Shown here piece by piece: positions 33,959-44,156 of a DNA stretch of 64,000 bases (position 1 is its first letter; each line of letters begins with the position of its first letter). Source of the DNA: Candidatus Parcubacteria bacterium (GTDB lineage: Bacteria > Patescibacteriota > Patescibacteriia > Patescibacteriales > UBA12075). Under the pieces are notes generated by a model, which saw nothing but the letters and a program-made list of their open reading frames with translations, did not search any database and had not been told where the DNA came from. Both the position numbers and the translations under genes were made by a program. The stretch is taken from contig PKTK01000005.1 in the NCBI GenBank assembly GCA_002869165.1, positions 2,553 to 66,552 of the forward strand. Reading direction: 5' to 3'.

Positions 33959-36919
33959 ATGAAAAAACCAAAACCATTAAATTTATCCAATTTAAATCAA
34001 GGTTGGAGAGCAAATAAATTCAAAAGATCAAATATAATCAAGAATAGATTGCGGGCAAAAAAATCTATACGTTTTCGCAAACCCTCTGTTTATAAAAAAA
34101 TTCCTTTTTTAAAATATTTTACAAAAAAGAATGTTTTTATTTTTACAATTATTATAGGTTTTATTGGAATTATATCCATTTCCTCTTTAATACTTTGGTT
34201 ATCCAGAGGTCTTCCTAGTCCTGATCAACTAATGATTAGAGAAATTGCACAAAGCACAAAAATATTTGATAGAACCGGTGAAGAATTACTTTACGAAATT
34301 CATGGCAACCAAAAAAGAACATTAGTTAACTTAGATGATATTCCCAAATACGTCCAACAAGCAACTATTTCAATTGAAGATAAAAATTTCTATGAACACA
34401 AGGGATTTTCTCTTATAGCAATAGCAAGAACTGGTATTACTAATATTTTATATGGAAGAAAAGCAGGTGCCTCCACACTTACACAACAGTTTATCAAAAA
34501 CTCCGTTCTAACTTCAGAAAAAAAATATTCGAGAAAAATAAAAGAATTTATTTTAGCCTATAGATTAGAAAAACAATTTTCCAAGGATGAAATATTACAA
34601 ATGTATTTAAACGAAATTCCTTATGGTTCAACCTCTTATGGAGTTGAAGCAGCTAGTCAAAGATATTTTAATAAATCCGTTAAAGATATTAACCTAGCTG
34701 AAGCAGCTATACTCGCTGCCCTTCCTCAGGCTCCTAGTGCTTATTCACCATACGGATCAAATAGAGATATTTTAATTGGTAGACAACATTATATATTAGA
34801 TCAAATGGCTGAACAGGGTTATATAACCAAAGAGGAAGCTCAAGCAGCAAAAGACTTTGAGCTTGTTTTTGAAAAACCCCAAGAAAACATCAAGGCGCCT
34901 CACTTTGTAATGTATATCAAAGAACAGTTAGCTGAAAAATATGGTGAAAAAATGATAGAACAAGGTGGTTTAAAAATATATACTACTATTGATTTATATA
35001 AGCAAGAAATAGCAGAGCAAGTTATTAAAGACCATATGGAATCAAATGAAGAAAATTATGACGCTACTAACGCAGCTCTAGTTTCAATTAATCCTAAAAA
35101 TGGTCATATCTTGGCCATGGTAGGAAGTCGTGATTATTTTGATGAAGAGATTGATGGTCAAGTTAATGTTACCACTAGCTTAAGACAACCTGGCTCATCC
35201 ATGAAACCACTTGTTTATGCTACTAGTTTTTTAAAGGGCTACACCCCTGATACTATCCTTTATGATGTGGTAACCAACTTCTCAAACGACAAGGAGGAGC
35301 CATATGAACCCCATAACTACGATTTAGCGGAAAATGGACCAGTAAGCATCCGAAAGGCGCTAGCGGGTTCTCTAAACATCCCAGCAGTTAAAGCAATCTA
35401 TTTAGCTGGGGTAAATAATGTTTTAGATTTAGCTGAAGATATGAATTATACTACTCTAAAAGATAGAGATAGATATGGTCTTGCTTTAGTTTTAGGAGGA
35501 GCTGAAATAAAACTAGTTGAACACACCAATGCTTATTCAGCATTTGCAAGAGAGGGAAATATAAATGAACTTATTAGTATTTTAAAAATTGAAGATGCTG
35601 AAGGAAATATATTAGAAGAAGCAGAAGAAAAAGAATCAAAAGTAATGGATCCAAAAGCTGCTCGTATGATAAATGATGTTTTATCAGATAATAATGCTCG
35701 TGCCTATGCTTTTGGCACTCAAAACTACCTAAATTTAGGTTCTAGGCCAGTAGCAGCTAAAACTGGGACAACTAATGATTATCGAGATGCTTGGACTATT
35801 GGTTACACTCCTTCAATAGTTACAGGTGTTTGGGTTGGTAATAATGATAATTCACCTATGAGAAGGGGTGCTGCTGGAGGTGTGGTAGCTGCTCCTATTT
35901 GGCATGATTATATGAAACAAATTTTAGGTGATACACCAATAGAATATTTTAAAGAACCTGAAATTAAAAATAGTGACAAACCACTTCTAAACGGTGAAGC
36001 AGGAAGTATGGAGCTTATAAAAATCGATAAAGCAACTGGTTTACTAGCAACAGAATTTACACCAGAATCTTTTATTGAAGAAAAGAATTTTTTACAACCT
36101 CATTCAATACTACATTATATTGATATAAATGATCCATTGGGTGATATACCAGAAAATACTGAAAAAGATCCTCAATATAAACTTTGGGAAGAAGCAGTTA
36201 TGAATTGGGCTCTTGAACAAGCTTCTAGTACAGAAACTGAAATAGTATTTGAAACTCCTCCAAGTGAATTTGATGATATTCATACGGAAGAAAATATTCC
36301 CAAATTAAAAATTATCTCGCCAAATAATAACCAAAGCCTTGAATTAATTGTTTTATCTATTAATATAGAAACAGATTCAAAAAGAGGAGTTGAAAGAGTT
36401 GAATATTATTTAAATAATTCATTATTCTCTATAAATTACAATCCTCCTTTTTCACTAAATAAACGAGTTGATTTTCTTAATAACGGTTTTCATACAGTTA
36501 GAATTAAATCATGTGATGATGTAGATAATTGTATTGAAAAATCAATTAACTTTAATTTAAACTTAGAAAATAACAAAAAATCACTAACAAAGCCAAATAT
36601 TTCCATTACTAATCCTTCCAATGGTTTAGCAGTAATGGATTTTGATTTTCCATTAACTATTTCACTTGATGTAGAAAATCCTCAATTAGCTTCTGAAATA
36701 AATATTTACTTAATAAATGAAAGTTTAGAACAAACTATTATTAAAAGTATTGCCCCAATAGAAAAAGATAAAGTATCAACCACCTGGGAAGATATACCAA
36801 ATAGTGGCACTTACCAATTTTTCGCTGAATTAATTTCTTGGGAAGGTGAAAAATTTAATACCGATAAAATAAGTATATCCATAAATAATACCAAAGAAGA
36901 AACAGAAGAAGATAATTAA
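33959..36919 (+). CDS. class A penicillin-binding protein (GT51 transglycosylase + transpeptidase) with long C-terminal extension
   Basis: IEDKNFYEHKGF and RKIKEF...LNEIPYG (GT51). SSMKP, SLN and KTGTT (transpeptidase). The last ~250 aa look like beta-sandwich repeats plus an acidic tail. Confidence 0.9.
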   Translation: MKKPKPLNLSNLNQGWRANKFKRSNIIKNRLRAKKSIRFRKPSVYKKIPFLKYFTKKNVFIFTIIIGFIGIISISSLILWLSRGLPSPDQLMIREIAQSTKIFDRTGEELLYEIHGNQKRTLVNLDDIPKYVQQATISIEDKNFYEHKGFSLIAIARTGITNILYGRKAGASTLTQQFIKNSVLTSEKKYSRKIKEFILAYRLEKQFSKDEILQMYLNEIPYGSTSYGVEAASQRYFNKSVKDINLAEAAILAALPQAPSAYSPYGSNRDILIGRQHYILDQMAEQGYITKEEAQAAKDFELVFEKPQENIKAPHFVMYIKEQLAEKYGEKMIEQGGLKIYTTIDLYKQEIAEQVIKDHMESNEENYDATNAALVSINPKNGHILAMVGSRDYFDEEIDGQVNVTTSLRQPGSSMKPLVYATSFLKGYTPDTILYDVVTNFSNDKEEPYEPHNYDLAENGPVSIRKALAGSLNIPAVKAIYLAGVNNVLDLAEDMNYTTLKDRDRYGLALVLGGAEIKLVEHTNAYSAFAREGNINELISILKIEDAEGNILEEAEEKESKVMDPKAARMINDVLSDNNARAYAFGTQNYLNLGSRPVAAKTGTTNDYRDAWTIGYTPSIVTGVWVGNNDNSPMRRGAAGGVVAAPIWHDYMKQILGDTPIEYFKEPEIKNSDKPLLNGEAGSMELIKIDKATGLLATEFTPESFIEEKNFLQPHSILHYIDINDPLGDIPENTEKDPQYKLWEEAVMNWALEQASSTETEIVFETPPSEFDDIHTEENIPKLKIISPNNNQSLELIVLSINIETDSKRGVERVEYYLNNSLFSINYNPPFSLNKRVDFLNNGFHTVRIKSCDDVDNCIEKSINFNLNLENNKKSLTKPNISITNPSNGLAVMDFDFPLTISLDVENPQLASEINIYLINESLEQTIIKSIAPIEKDKVSTTWEDIPNSGTYQFFAELISWEGEKFNTDKISISINNTKEETEEDN

Positions 36920-36989
36920 AAGGAAGAATAATAACTACAAAAATAAAAAACTACCATAAATAAAGGTAGTTTTTTATATCTTTAAAATA

Positions 36990-38117
36990 TTATTGTTTAA
37001 TCGGCATTATAATATAAATATAATCATCTCCATTATCTGCTTTTAAAACACAAGGGGTATTTAAATCTATAATTTTTAAAATAATATTTTCCGTATTAAT
37101 ACTATTAACTCCTTCAAGTAAGTATATATAATTTAAAACTATTCCATTATCACTGCCTGTAATTTTTGATTCTATTTCTGTTTTATTTTCTCCAGTTATA
37201 CCAGATGAAGATGATATTAAAGTTATATTTTTATCTATTGTAAAATCTAAATTAATATCATTTACACCTGTTTTTGAAAATATTGAAGCTGCTTTTATTG
37301 CTCTAATAAATTCATTTCTATTTATCATTATTTCTGTTTTAGAGTCTTTGGGAATAATTTGTTTATAGTCTGGATATTGTCCTTCTATAACCCGAGAAAC
37401 AACTTCAATCTTATCTATAGAAAACATTATTTGGTTATCACTTAAATAAAATTCAATTTCTGATTCTCTTTCATCTAATTCCTCAATTTTAACATTTGAT
37501 AAAACTCTTAATACTTCTTGGAGTGTTTTAACAGGAATTATAACCTTGGATTCCATTTTTGTATTTGATTCTATTTTAATTTGTTTCTCTGCTAATCTAT
37601 ACGAATCTGTAGCAGCTATAGTTAAATTGTCTTTATCAAATACAAACAAAACACCAGATAATTCCATTCTTGTTTCTGAATTTGAAACAGCAAATATTGT
37701 TTTACTAAGTGCTTTTTTAAAATCATTAATTTTTGTTTTAAAATATGTTTCTTTGTTAATTTGGGGTATTAAAGGAAAATCATCAGCCTTCTCTCCTTTT
37801 ATTACAGTTTTGTAATTATCACTCTCTACAACTAATTCTTCTTTTTTGAGTTCAATATTTACTTTTTTATTTGCAAGTAATGAAATATAATCGGAAATAA
37901 TTTTTGAATTTACTGTAAAATTTCCCTCTTTTTCAATTTTCCCTCGAATAAAACAAGTAATACCAATTTCTAAATTAGTAGATATTAATTTAATTCCTTC
38001 TGAGTCAGCGTTAATTAATATATTATTTAAAATTGGAAGGTTAACATTTTTACCTGCTATATGAGAAACAAGAGATAAACCATTTTTTAAATTTTCTTGC
38101 AGTGTGGAAATTTTCAT
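36990..38117 (-). CDS. dnaN: DNA polymerase III beta sliding clamp
   Basis: 375 aa, MKISTLQENLKNGLSLVSHIAGKNVNLPILNNILI, positioned directly downstream of dnaA. Confidence 0.9.
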   Translation of the reverse strand: MKISTLQENLKNGLSLVSHIAGKNVNLPILNNILINADSEGIKLISTNLEIGITCFIRGKIEKEGNFTVNSKIISDYISLLANKKVNIELKKEELVVESDNYKTVIKGEKADDFPLIPQINKETYFKTKINDFKKALSKTIFAVSNSETRMELSGVLFVFDKDNLTIAATDSYRLAEKQIKIESNTKMESKVIIPVKTLQEVLRVLSNVKIEELDERESEIEFYLSDNQIMFSIDKIEVVSRVIEGQYPDYKQIIPKDSKTEIMINRNEFIRAIKAASIFSKTGVNDINLDFTIDKNITLISSSSGITGENKTEIESKITGSDNGIVLNYIYLLEGVNSINTENIILKIIDLNTPCVLKADNGDDYIYIIMPIKQ

Positions 38118-38387
38118 ATTGAATTATTTCTTTCTTATATTTATATATAATAAGTAATAGTAATAATAAGGGGTGTGATTAAGATTTCATTAAACTTTAA
38201 TGTTTACTAATATTAGAATGAATTTTGGGTTTTTTGCCTGTGATTATCTTGTTGAATTTTTGTTTTTATTACTTGCGTAAAATGTGCTTAAGTAATTTAA
38301 ATGATAAGTTATTAACTTTTCATTAAATTTCCTCACAGCTCTATTAACATGACAAATAACAACTTATCAATAGTCTCTTATGTGTAA

Positions 38388-39764
38388 TTAATTGAAGCTA
38401 GAATATAATGATTGTTTAATTGATTCAATATCTTGTTTAATTTTTTCGTCTTTTTCAAGTTCTTTAGTTATTTTATTATATGCATGCATTGCAGTTGTGT
38501 GATCTCTACCGCCTAATTCTTGCCCAATAGTAGGATAAGAAAAATTAATCTCTTCTCTAAGTAAAAACATAGTAATTTGTCTTGGATAAACTAATTCTTT
38601 TTTTCTACTTTTACCGATTAAGTCTTTATTTTCAATATCAAAATATTGAGAAATTACTTCTAAAATATTTTTTGCTGTAATTGATTTTGATTTATTACTA
38701 TTTATAATTGAGCTTAGAGTGTTTTTAGTGCTCTCAATGGTAGGTTTAGAGTTATTAAACTCATGAAAGGCAATAAGACGATTTAAAGCGCCCTCTAGCT
38801 CTCTAATGTTGTTCTGAACATTGTTAGCAATATAGTAAAGTATTTCTCCTTCCAACATATAATTCTTTTCTCGACACTTTGATTCTAGAATTGCAACCCT
38901 GGTTTCAATATCAGGTTGAGTAATATCAGCAATCATCCCCCATTCAAAGCGTGAGAGTAGTCTTTTTTCAAGAGCAGGAATAGATCTAGGAGGTCTATCG
39001 GATGTTAGTACAATTTGTTTATCTGATTGATGAAGTTCGTTAAAAGTATGGAAGAATTCTTCTTGAGTACCATCCTTACCTCCCATAAATTGAATATCAT
39101 CTATTAAAAGAAGGTCAACATTTCTATATTTATCTTTAAAATTCTTTGCTTGACCTGATTTAACAGAGTGAATATAGTCATTGGTAAATTTTTCACAAGT
39201 AACATACATCACATTTTCGGTTTTTTTAGATACCATATGTCCAATGGCTTGCAAAATATGTGTTTTTCCAAGACCCACTCCTCCATAAATAAATAATGGG
39301 TTATAAGCTTTACCGGGATTTGCTGAAACCGCTTGACAGGCAGCGTGAGCTAATTCATTTCCTTTTCCTACAATAAAATTATCAAAAATATATTTTAAAT
39401 TTAAACCAAACCTATTAACTGGAGTTGAAGGGAGAGTGGCTGGTGTTTCCTGGATACTATCAACTTGCTTTTGCGCAGTTGATTTATTAAATAAATTTGC
39501 GCTAGGATCAGCTTTTTTAGTTTCTACTTTATAAAATATTTCAGAAATTTTTTGATTTGCAATATTTTCCAGGGCTTCTGAAATAATACTGTGGTATTTT
39601 TTTTCTAACCAAGCTTTTGTGAAAGTGTTGGGAACACAAATAACAATTTTATCATCTTCAAACGAAGAGATAAAAGTGTTTTTAAACCAAGTGGTAAAGT
39701 TAGCGCGACTTAGATTGAGTTCTATTTCACCAAGAACAGATTGCCATAGTTGCTCATTATTCAT
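38388..39764 (-). CDS. dnaA: chromosomal replication initiator DnaA
   Basis: Walker A GGVGLGKTHIL, DDIQFMGGK, and the C-terminal DNA-binding signature GGRDHTTAMHAYNKI. Confidence 0.95.
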   Translation of the reverse strand: MNNEQLWQSVLGEIELNLSRANFTTWFKNTFISSFEDDKIVICVPNTFTKAWLEKKYHSIISEALENIANQKISEIFYKVETKKADPSANLFNKSTAQKQVDSIQETPATLPSTPVNRFGLNLKYIFDNFIVGKGNELAHAACQAVSANPGKAYNPLFIYGGVGLGKTHILQAIGHMVSKKTENVMYVTCEKFTNDYIHSVKSGQAKNFKDKYRNVDLLLIDDIQFMGGKDGTQEEFFHTFNELHQSDKQIVLTSDRPPRSIPALEKRLLSRFEWGMIADITQPDIETRVAILESKCREKNYMLEGEILYYIANNVQNNIRELEGALNRLIAFHEFNNSKPTIESTKNTLSSIINSNKSKSITAKNILEVISQYFDIENKDLIGKSRKKELVYPRQITMFLLREEINFSYPTIGQELGGRDHTTAMHAYNKITKELEKDEKIKQDIESIKQSLYSSFN

Positions 39765-40229
39765 AATTTGGAAATTAAAATATGAATATATTATTTTTGT
39801 TTACAAGACGGGTAAAAAACAAAAATAATATATTCATCTTTGGTTTATTTTTAATAAGAGTTCGTTTTTTGTTTTGATTATTTGATTATATCAAGTTATA
39901 GATTAAAACAAAAGACTGTTATTTGTTTATAACATGTGAATAAAAAGTGTACAAGTTGATTTGTCAATTTTCTTCACATATCACACAGCATATATCACAT
40001 AATATTTTTGTTTTTGTTTTTTTGTGGATCAATTTCAAAAAACAAAATAAATTTATTTTTTGATATTTGTTGTGTTATATGTGTTGTGTTAGAATGTTGA
40101 CTTTTTACTTATAAAGTGTTAATTTTATTTCATAAATAATAATAAAATTTCACTAAAAACAAAAAACAACAGTAAGTTGCTTTATTTTTTTTGAAAAAGA
40201 TGTAATGTTAGTGAAAATATAGCAAATAT
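39765..40229. other. candidate oriC / dnaA control region (rpmH-dnaA intergenic)
   Basis: 465 bp of very AT-rich spacer between divergent dnaA and rpmH. DnaA-box-like 9-mers: TGTGAATAA (39935-39943), TTCTTCACA (39970-39978), TGTGGATCA (40023-40031). A perfect 21-bp inverted repeat spans 39782-39802 / 39817-39837. Confidence 0.45.
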
Positions 40230-40367
40230 ATGCCAAAAAGAACTTTTCAGCCAAACACCAGAAAGGCTAAGAAAAAACATGGATTTCGTGCTAGAATGTT
40301 AAAAAAAGCAGGGAGAAAGACATTAAAAAGAAGAAGAGATAGAAAAAGAGCTTTACTTAGCAAATAA
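40230..40367 (+). CDS. rpmH: 50S ribosomal protein L34 (below the ORF-track size cutoff)
   Basis: Hand translation gives MPKRTFQPNTRKAKKKHGFRARMLKKAGRKTLKRRRDRKRALLSK then stop. This is the canonical L34 sequence, placed just upstream of rnpA. Confidence 0.9.
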   Translation: MPKRTFQPNTRKAKKKHGFRARMLKKAGRKTLKRRRDRKRALLSK

Positions 40368-40408
40368 TTTGTTTATTTAGCTAATTTTAGATATTTAAAT
40401 AATTTCAA

Positions 40409-40750
40409 ATGTTTAAAAAAACTGCTAGATTAAGAAAAAAAAAGGACATAGAAGCTGTTTTTAAGTCTAAAATTAGTAAATATAATAAATTTTTTGGTTT
40501 AAAGGCTAAAGAAAATAATTTAAACTATTCTCGTTTTACTGTTGTGGTTGGTACCAAGGTTTCCAAAAAAGCAGTTGTGCGAAATAGAATTAAAAGAAGA
40601 GTCAGATCCGTATTAAAAGAAGAATATAAAAGTTTAGAAAGAAATGTAGATTTGCTAATATTAGCATTAAATCAAGCTGAAAACATAGACATGAAGGAAA
40701 CTAGAAATTCTGTTAAAAATCTTTTAAAAACAGCAAAATTATTAAAATGA
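40409..40750 (+). CDS. rnpA: RNase P protein component
   Basis: [26 protein letters not shown] (RNR motif), 113 aa, follows rpmH. The TGA stop overlaps the yidD start. Confidence 0.85.
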   Translation: MFKKTARLRKKKDIEAVFKSKISKYNKFFGLKAKENNLNYSRFTVVVGTKVSKKAVVRNRIKRRVRSVLKEEYKSLERNVDLLILALNQAENIDMKETRNSVKNLLKTAKLLK

Positions 40751-41037
40751 AAAAAAAGGCAATTGATATTATTACTTCTGTAGATACATTTTTGGCCTTT
40801 TTTTTAATTAAAATAGTAAAATTTTATCAAAAGTTCTTTTCTTTTGACCATAGTGCCTTTAAAATATTTTATCCTTTTGTATTTTGTAGATTTAAACCTA
40901 CTTGTTCAGAATATACAATTGATGCTCTAAAAAAATATGGAGCTATTCGAGGCACTCTAAAAGCAAGCTGGAGAATACTTCGCTGTAACCCCTGGAATAA
41001 AGGAGGATATGATCCAGTTGATAAAAATAATAAATAA
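40747..41037 (+). CDS. yidD: membrane protein insertion efficiency factor YidD
   Basis: [37 protein letters not shown], the conserved YidD core. Confidence 0.85.
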   Translation: MKKKAIDIITSVDTFLAFFLIKIVKFYQKFFSFDHSAFKIFYPFVFCRFKPTCSEYTIDALKKYGAIRGTLKASWRILRCNPWNKGGYDPVDKNNK

Positions 41038-41085
41038 GGATTCGTAAATTCGTATTGATTCGTATTTTCGTAGCCCAAAATAATC

Positions 41086-41832
41086 ATGTTTCAAACTTTT
41101 TTTTATAAACCAGTTGTAAATTTACTTATCTTTTTATATGATATTATCCCTGGACACGATATAGGTCTGACTATTTTGATTTTTGTAGTTATTGTTAAAA
41201 TTGTTCTTCACCCTCTACAAAAAAAAGCGATTACTTCTCAAAAAGCCTTACAAGAAATTCAACCGGAAATTGAAGAATTAAAAAAGAAATACAAAGATGA
41301 CAAACAAGAACTTGGTAAAGCAACTCTAGAATTATACAAAGAAAAAAAAATCAATCCATTTTCATCTTGTTTGCCTCTCCTAATTCAACTCCCATTTTTA
41401 ATAGCTATTTTTAGATTGTTTAGAACTGGTTTTACAGATAATAATATTTTTAACCTTACATATTCTTTTGTTAGTGCTCCCGAAACAATTAATCCGATTA
41501 CCTTGGGTTTTGTAGATTTGTCTCAACCAGGAAATATTCTTTTGTCAGTTTTGGCTGGTGGTGCCTTGTATGTCCAAACCAAAATGATGATGGCGAGAAA
41601 ACCAGAACAAAAGAAAAACCCTAATCCAAATGAAACTGAAAACATGATGAATATCATGAACAAACAAATGCTTTATATGATGCCTGTTTTTGTTGCTTAT
41701 ATTTCATACACCACTCCATCAGGCTTAGCACTTTATTGGTTTGTGTTTACCTACTTAACAGTAGTACAACAATATTTTTTATTTAAAAAACGAGATGAAG
41801 ATAGTATAGAAGTAATTAAAAAACAAAATTAG
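41086..41832 (+). CDS. yidC: membrane protein insertase YidC (short form)
   Basis: 248 aa, helices with KINPFSSCLPLLIQLPFLIAIF and PSGLALYWFV. Canonical position after yidD. Confidence 0.85.
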   Translation: MFQTFFYKPVVNLLIFLYDIIPGHDIGLTILIFVVIVKIVLHPLQKKAITSQKALQEIQPEIEELKKKYKDDKQELGKATLELYKEKKINPFSSCLPLLIQLPFLIAIFRLFRTGFTDNNIFNLTYSFVSAPETINPITLGFVDLSQPGNILLSVLAGGALYVQTKMMMARKPEQKKNPNPNETENMMNIMNKQMLYMMPVFVAYISYTTPSGLALYWFVFTYLTVVQQYFLFKKRDEDSIEVIKKQN

Positions 41833-41841
41833 GAGGAAATT

Positions 41842-42171
41842 TTGCACATTAAAGACCTACTAGATAAGGGCCGAATAGGCGATTATGTAATGATTTTGAA
41901 AAAACGTGAATATTATTATGGTGTTATTGAATCATATGATTTATTCGAGGAAGAAATTGTGTTCAATCTCAAAAATACCAAACGTTTAAATGGTGAAAAT
42001 TGGGAAGTCTGCAATACATATCAAATTATTTTACCTTTTAGTTGTAAACCAGAACGCATAAATTTTTTTGATGTTTTGCAAATAAAAAATTGTAAAGATA
42101 TAATTTATATCTACCCTAAGGAGCTCAAAAGTATGAACCCAGTTTTTATGGGGCAACAACAAAACCGTTGA
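41842..42171 (+). CDS. hypothetical protein
   Basis: TTG start 7 nt after a perfect AGGAGG, with a terminator right at the stop. No family recognised. It occupies the position where I would expect jag in many bacteria (from memory). Confidence 0.55.
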   Translation: MHIKDLLDKGRIGDYVMILKKREYYYGVIESYDLFEEEIVFNLKNTKRLNGENWEVCNTYQIILPFSCKPERINFFDVLQIKNCKDIIYIYPKELKSMNPVFMGQQQNR

Positions 42172-42192
42172 TAAAAAAATCAACGGTTTTTT
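42161..42192 (+). terminator. intrinsic terminator
   Basis: ACCGTTGAT (42164-42172) pairs with ATCAACGGT (42179-42187), followed by TTTTTT. Confidence 0.7.
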
Positions 42193-42234
42193 CTTGTTTT
42201 AAAAAAATAATATTAAAAGAGAAAAAAGGTTTAG

Positions 42235-42807
42235 TTATTTTAGAATTTCAACACCAAACTTTTTTAAGCTCTCAGACAACTCAAATATCGGTAAGCCCAT
42301 AACTGCAAAGTAATCCCCTTCTATTTTTTTGATAAGTGTGCTTCCAAGGCCCTGTATCCCAAAAGCCCCTGCTTTATCCATTGGTTCTTTGCTTTTTATA
42401 TACTTATCAATTTCATATTCACTTATATTTTTAAAATAAACCTTGGTTGTTTTGGTTTTGGTAATTATTTTTTCATCACTCATCACGCAAAGACCGGTTA
42501 TTACTTGAACAGAATTAGAACTTATTTTTCTTAGCATTTTTTTGGCGTCTTGTTTGTTTTTTGGTTTGCCCATAACTTTATTTTCAAATACAACCAAAGT
42601 GTCAGAACCAATTACTATAGTCTCGGGGCTTTTTTCAAGTACATCCTTGGCTTTGTTTACTGCAAAAAGTTCCACCAGTTTTTTTGGGGCTAATTTGATA
42701 TTATTGTTTTCCTGAAAAGCACTTTCTTTAACTACAAAATTAAGTCCAAGGTTTTTTAATATTTCTTTTCGGCGGGGTGATTTACTGGCTAAGATTATTT
42801 TTTTCAT
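42235..42807 (-). CDS. maf: Maf-family nucleoside triphosphate pyrophosphatase
   Basis: KIILASKSPRRKEIL, GSDTLV and DKAGAFGIQG motifs. Confidence 0.9.
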   Translation of the reverse strand: MKKIILASKSPRRKEILKNLGLNFVVKESAFQENNNIKLAPKKLVELFAVNKAKDVLEKSPETIVIGSDTLVVFENKVMGKPKNKQDAKKMLRKISSNSVQVITGLCVMSDEKIITKTKTTKVYFKNISEYEIDKYIKSKEPMDKAGAFGIQGLGSTLIKKIEGDYFAVMGLPIFELSESLKKFGVEILK

Positions 42808-42808
42808 A

Positions 42809-43159
42809 TTATACTTTGGCTAAATCTGTTATTTTTCCAACCACGTATTGTTTTCCTTCGTGTTCAATTACTTTGCCATAGCCAATAATTTTTATTCTAG
42901 AACCATCTTTTTTATTTACTACCAATTCAACTGGCGATTGTCTTTTATTTTCAACTATTTCCTGTAGTATTTCTTTTCTGTCCCCACCAATTACCTCAGT
43001 TGTTTCATCAAATGGTTTTTCTAGAAAATTTACACATTCATAATCAACTAATTTACAAAAATTACCACTTACAGCAGTATAAGTTTGATTTTCTACATCA
43101 ATAATAACATCATAGTCATTGATAATTTCTTTGGCTTTTTTTATTAAATTTTGCGTCAT
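42809..43159 (-). CDS. small stand-alone PAS-like domain protein
   Basis: 116 aa. The C-terminal strands VNKKDGSRIKIIGYGKVIEHEGKQYVVGKITDL look like the PAS beta-sheet. Fold-level guess only. Confidence 0.4.
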   Translation of the reverse strand: MTQNLIKKAKEIINDYDVIIDVENQTYTAVSGNFCKLVDYECVNFLEKPFDETTEVIGGDRKEILQEIVENKRQSPVELVVNKKDGSRIKIIGYGKVIEHEGKQYVVGKITDLAKV

Positions 43160-43240
43160 AATTTAATATGTTAATTATTATATTATTTATAATATTACAG
43201 AAATTAAAAAGGAACAAGTCAAACTTGTTCCTTTGAGTAA

Positions 43241-43420
43241 TTATTTTTTTATCTTTAAGCCAATTTCTTCAAAAAATTCATTTGAATATGGTTGAGAATC
43301 TTTTGTATAAATCTCAGTTGTTTCAGTGTTGACGTGAGAAAACGTCCCCTCTTCAATTATTTTCCTTTGTTCTTTACTAGTGGATATTCCCCACCAAGAA
43401 GATTCATTGTCGTCTTTCAT
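43241..43420 (-). CDS. 59-aa hypothetical protein (below the track cutoff)
   Basis: Hand translation gives MKDDNESSWWGISTSKEQRKIIEEGTFSHVNTETTEIYTKDSQPYSNEFFEEIGLKIKK. GAGAGA lies upstream. The hairpin GGAACAAG/CTTGTTCC (43211-43231) plus a T-run follows directly downstream on the minus strand. Confidence 0.45.
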   Translation of the reverse strand: MKDDNESSWWGISTSKEQRKIIEEGTFSHVNTETTEIYTKDSQPYSNEFFEEIGLKIKK

Positions 43421-43452
43421 TTTTATCTCTCTTCATTGAATTTATATATCAT

Positions 43453-43854
43453 TCATTTTGCCATTACGCAAGCATGAAAGAATCCAACATCGTTGTATCC
43501 ACAAAATGCTAGTGGGATTCCCTCGGGCATTGCCGAAACACAAAATGATCCGTCTTCGTTGTAATCCCCTTTGGTTTTTTTTGAAAAACGTACTCCAAGC
43601 ACAATGGTTTTTGTGTGTTGAGTGTATCCCGCCACAATTCCAGGTAGACCCGTTGCTGTGGTAGCACCAGCAATAATTACTCCATGGTTTTTTGCCACGT
43701 AGCATTCGATTTTTTCCGTTGACTCACCGGGAGTTCGATGAATAGATGAAACTACTATATGTGGTTCAATATGATGATTTCTTAAGAAATCCAGACCTTT
43801 GTTTAAAAACACTTTGTCGTTTTCGCTACTAACCAAAATATAAATCTCGTTCAT
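43453..43854 (-). CDS. divergent PurE/AIR-carboxylase-fold protein
   Basis: VSSIHRTP (compare SAHRTP) and IIAGATTATGLPGIVAG (compare GGAAHLPGMVA). 133 aa, shorter than typical PurE. No other purine gene is nearby. Confidence 0.5.
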   Translation of the reverse strand: MNEIYILVSSENDKVFLNKGLDFLRNHHIEPHIVVSSIHRTPGESTEKIECYVAKNHGVIIAGATTATGLPGIVAGYTQHTKTIVLGVRFSKKTKGDYNEDGSFCVSAMPEGIPLAFCGYNDVGFFHACVMAK

Positions 43855-44156
43855 TTTTCAAATCACCTTTTGTTAAAATATTAGTCTAAAAATCTTTCTT
43901 TTCTGTACAAGAGCGAATTAACACAAAGACCAGTTAATGAAATTACATTACTATGATTAAAAACAATAAAAGATTTTCTAGAAAACATTTTTTTGTCACG
44001 TTTTTTTGATAGTTTTTTACATTTCTTCACGTCTTTTCCTCTTTTGTTTTTTTTATTTCCTGTCATTCCCGCCGAGCGAAGCGAGGAAAGGGAATCTCAT
44101 AAATGTGCCTTCAAACAAAAACTCAATATAAGCTTCGCGAGTAACACAGCAAATAA

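Noticed and set aside
38118-38387. The dnaA-dnaN spacer as the primary oriC.
   Set aside because: It has only 6-7/9 matches to the DnaA box (TGTGATTAA, TGTGATTAT, TTATCAATA) and no repeat architecture. The rpmH-dnaA spacer is the better candidate, although I cannot exclude a bipartite origin.
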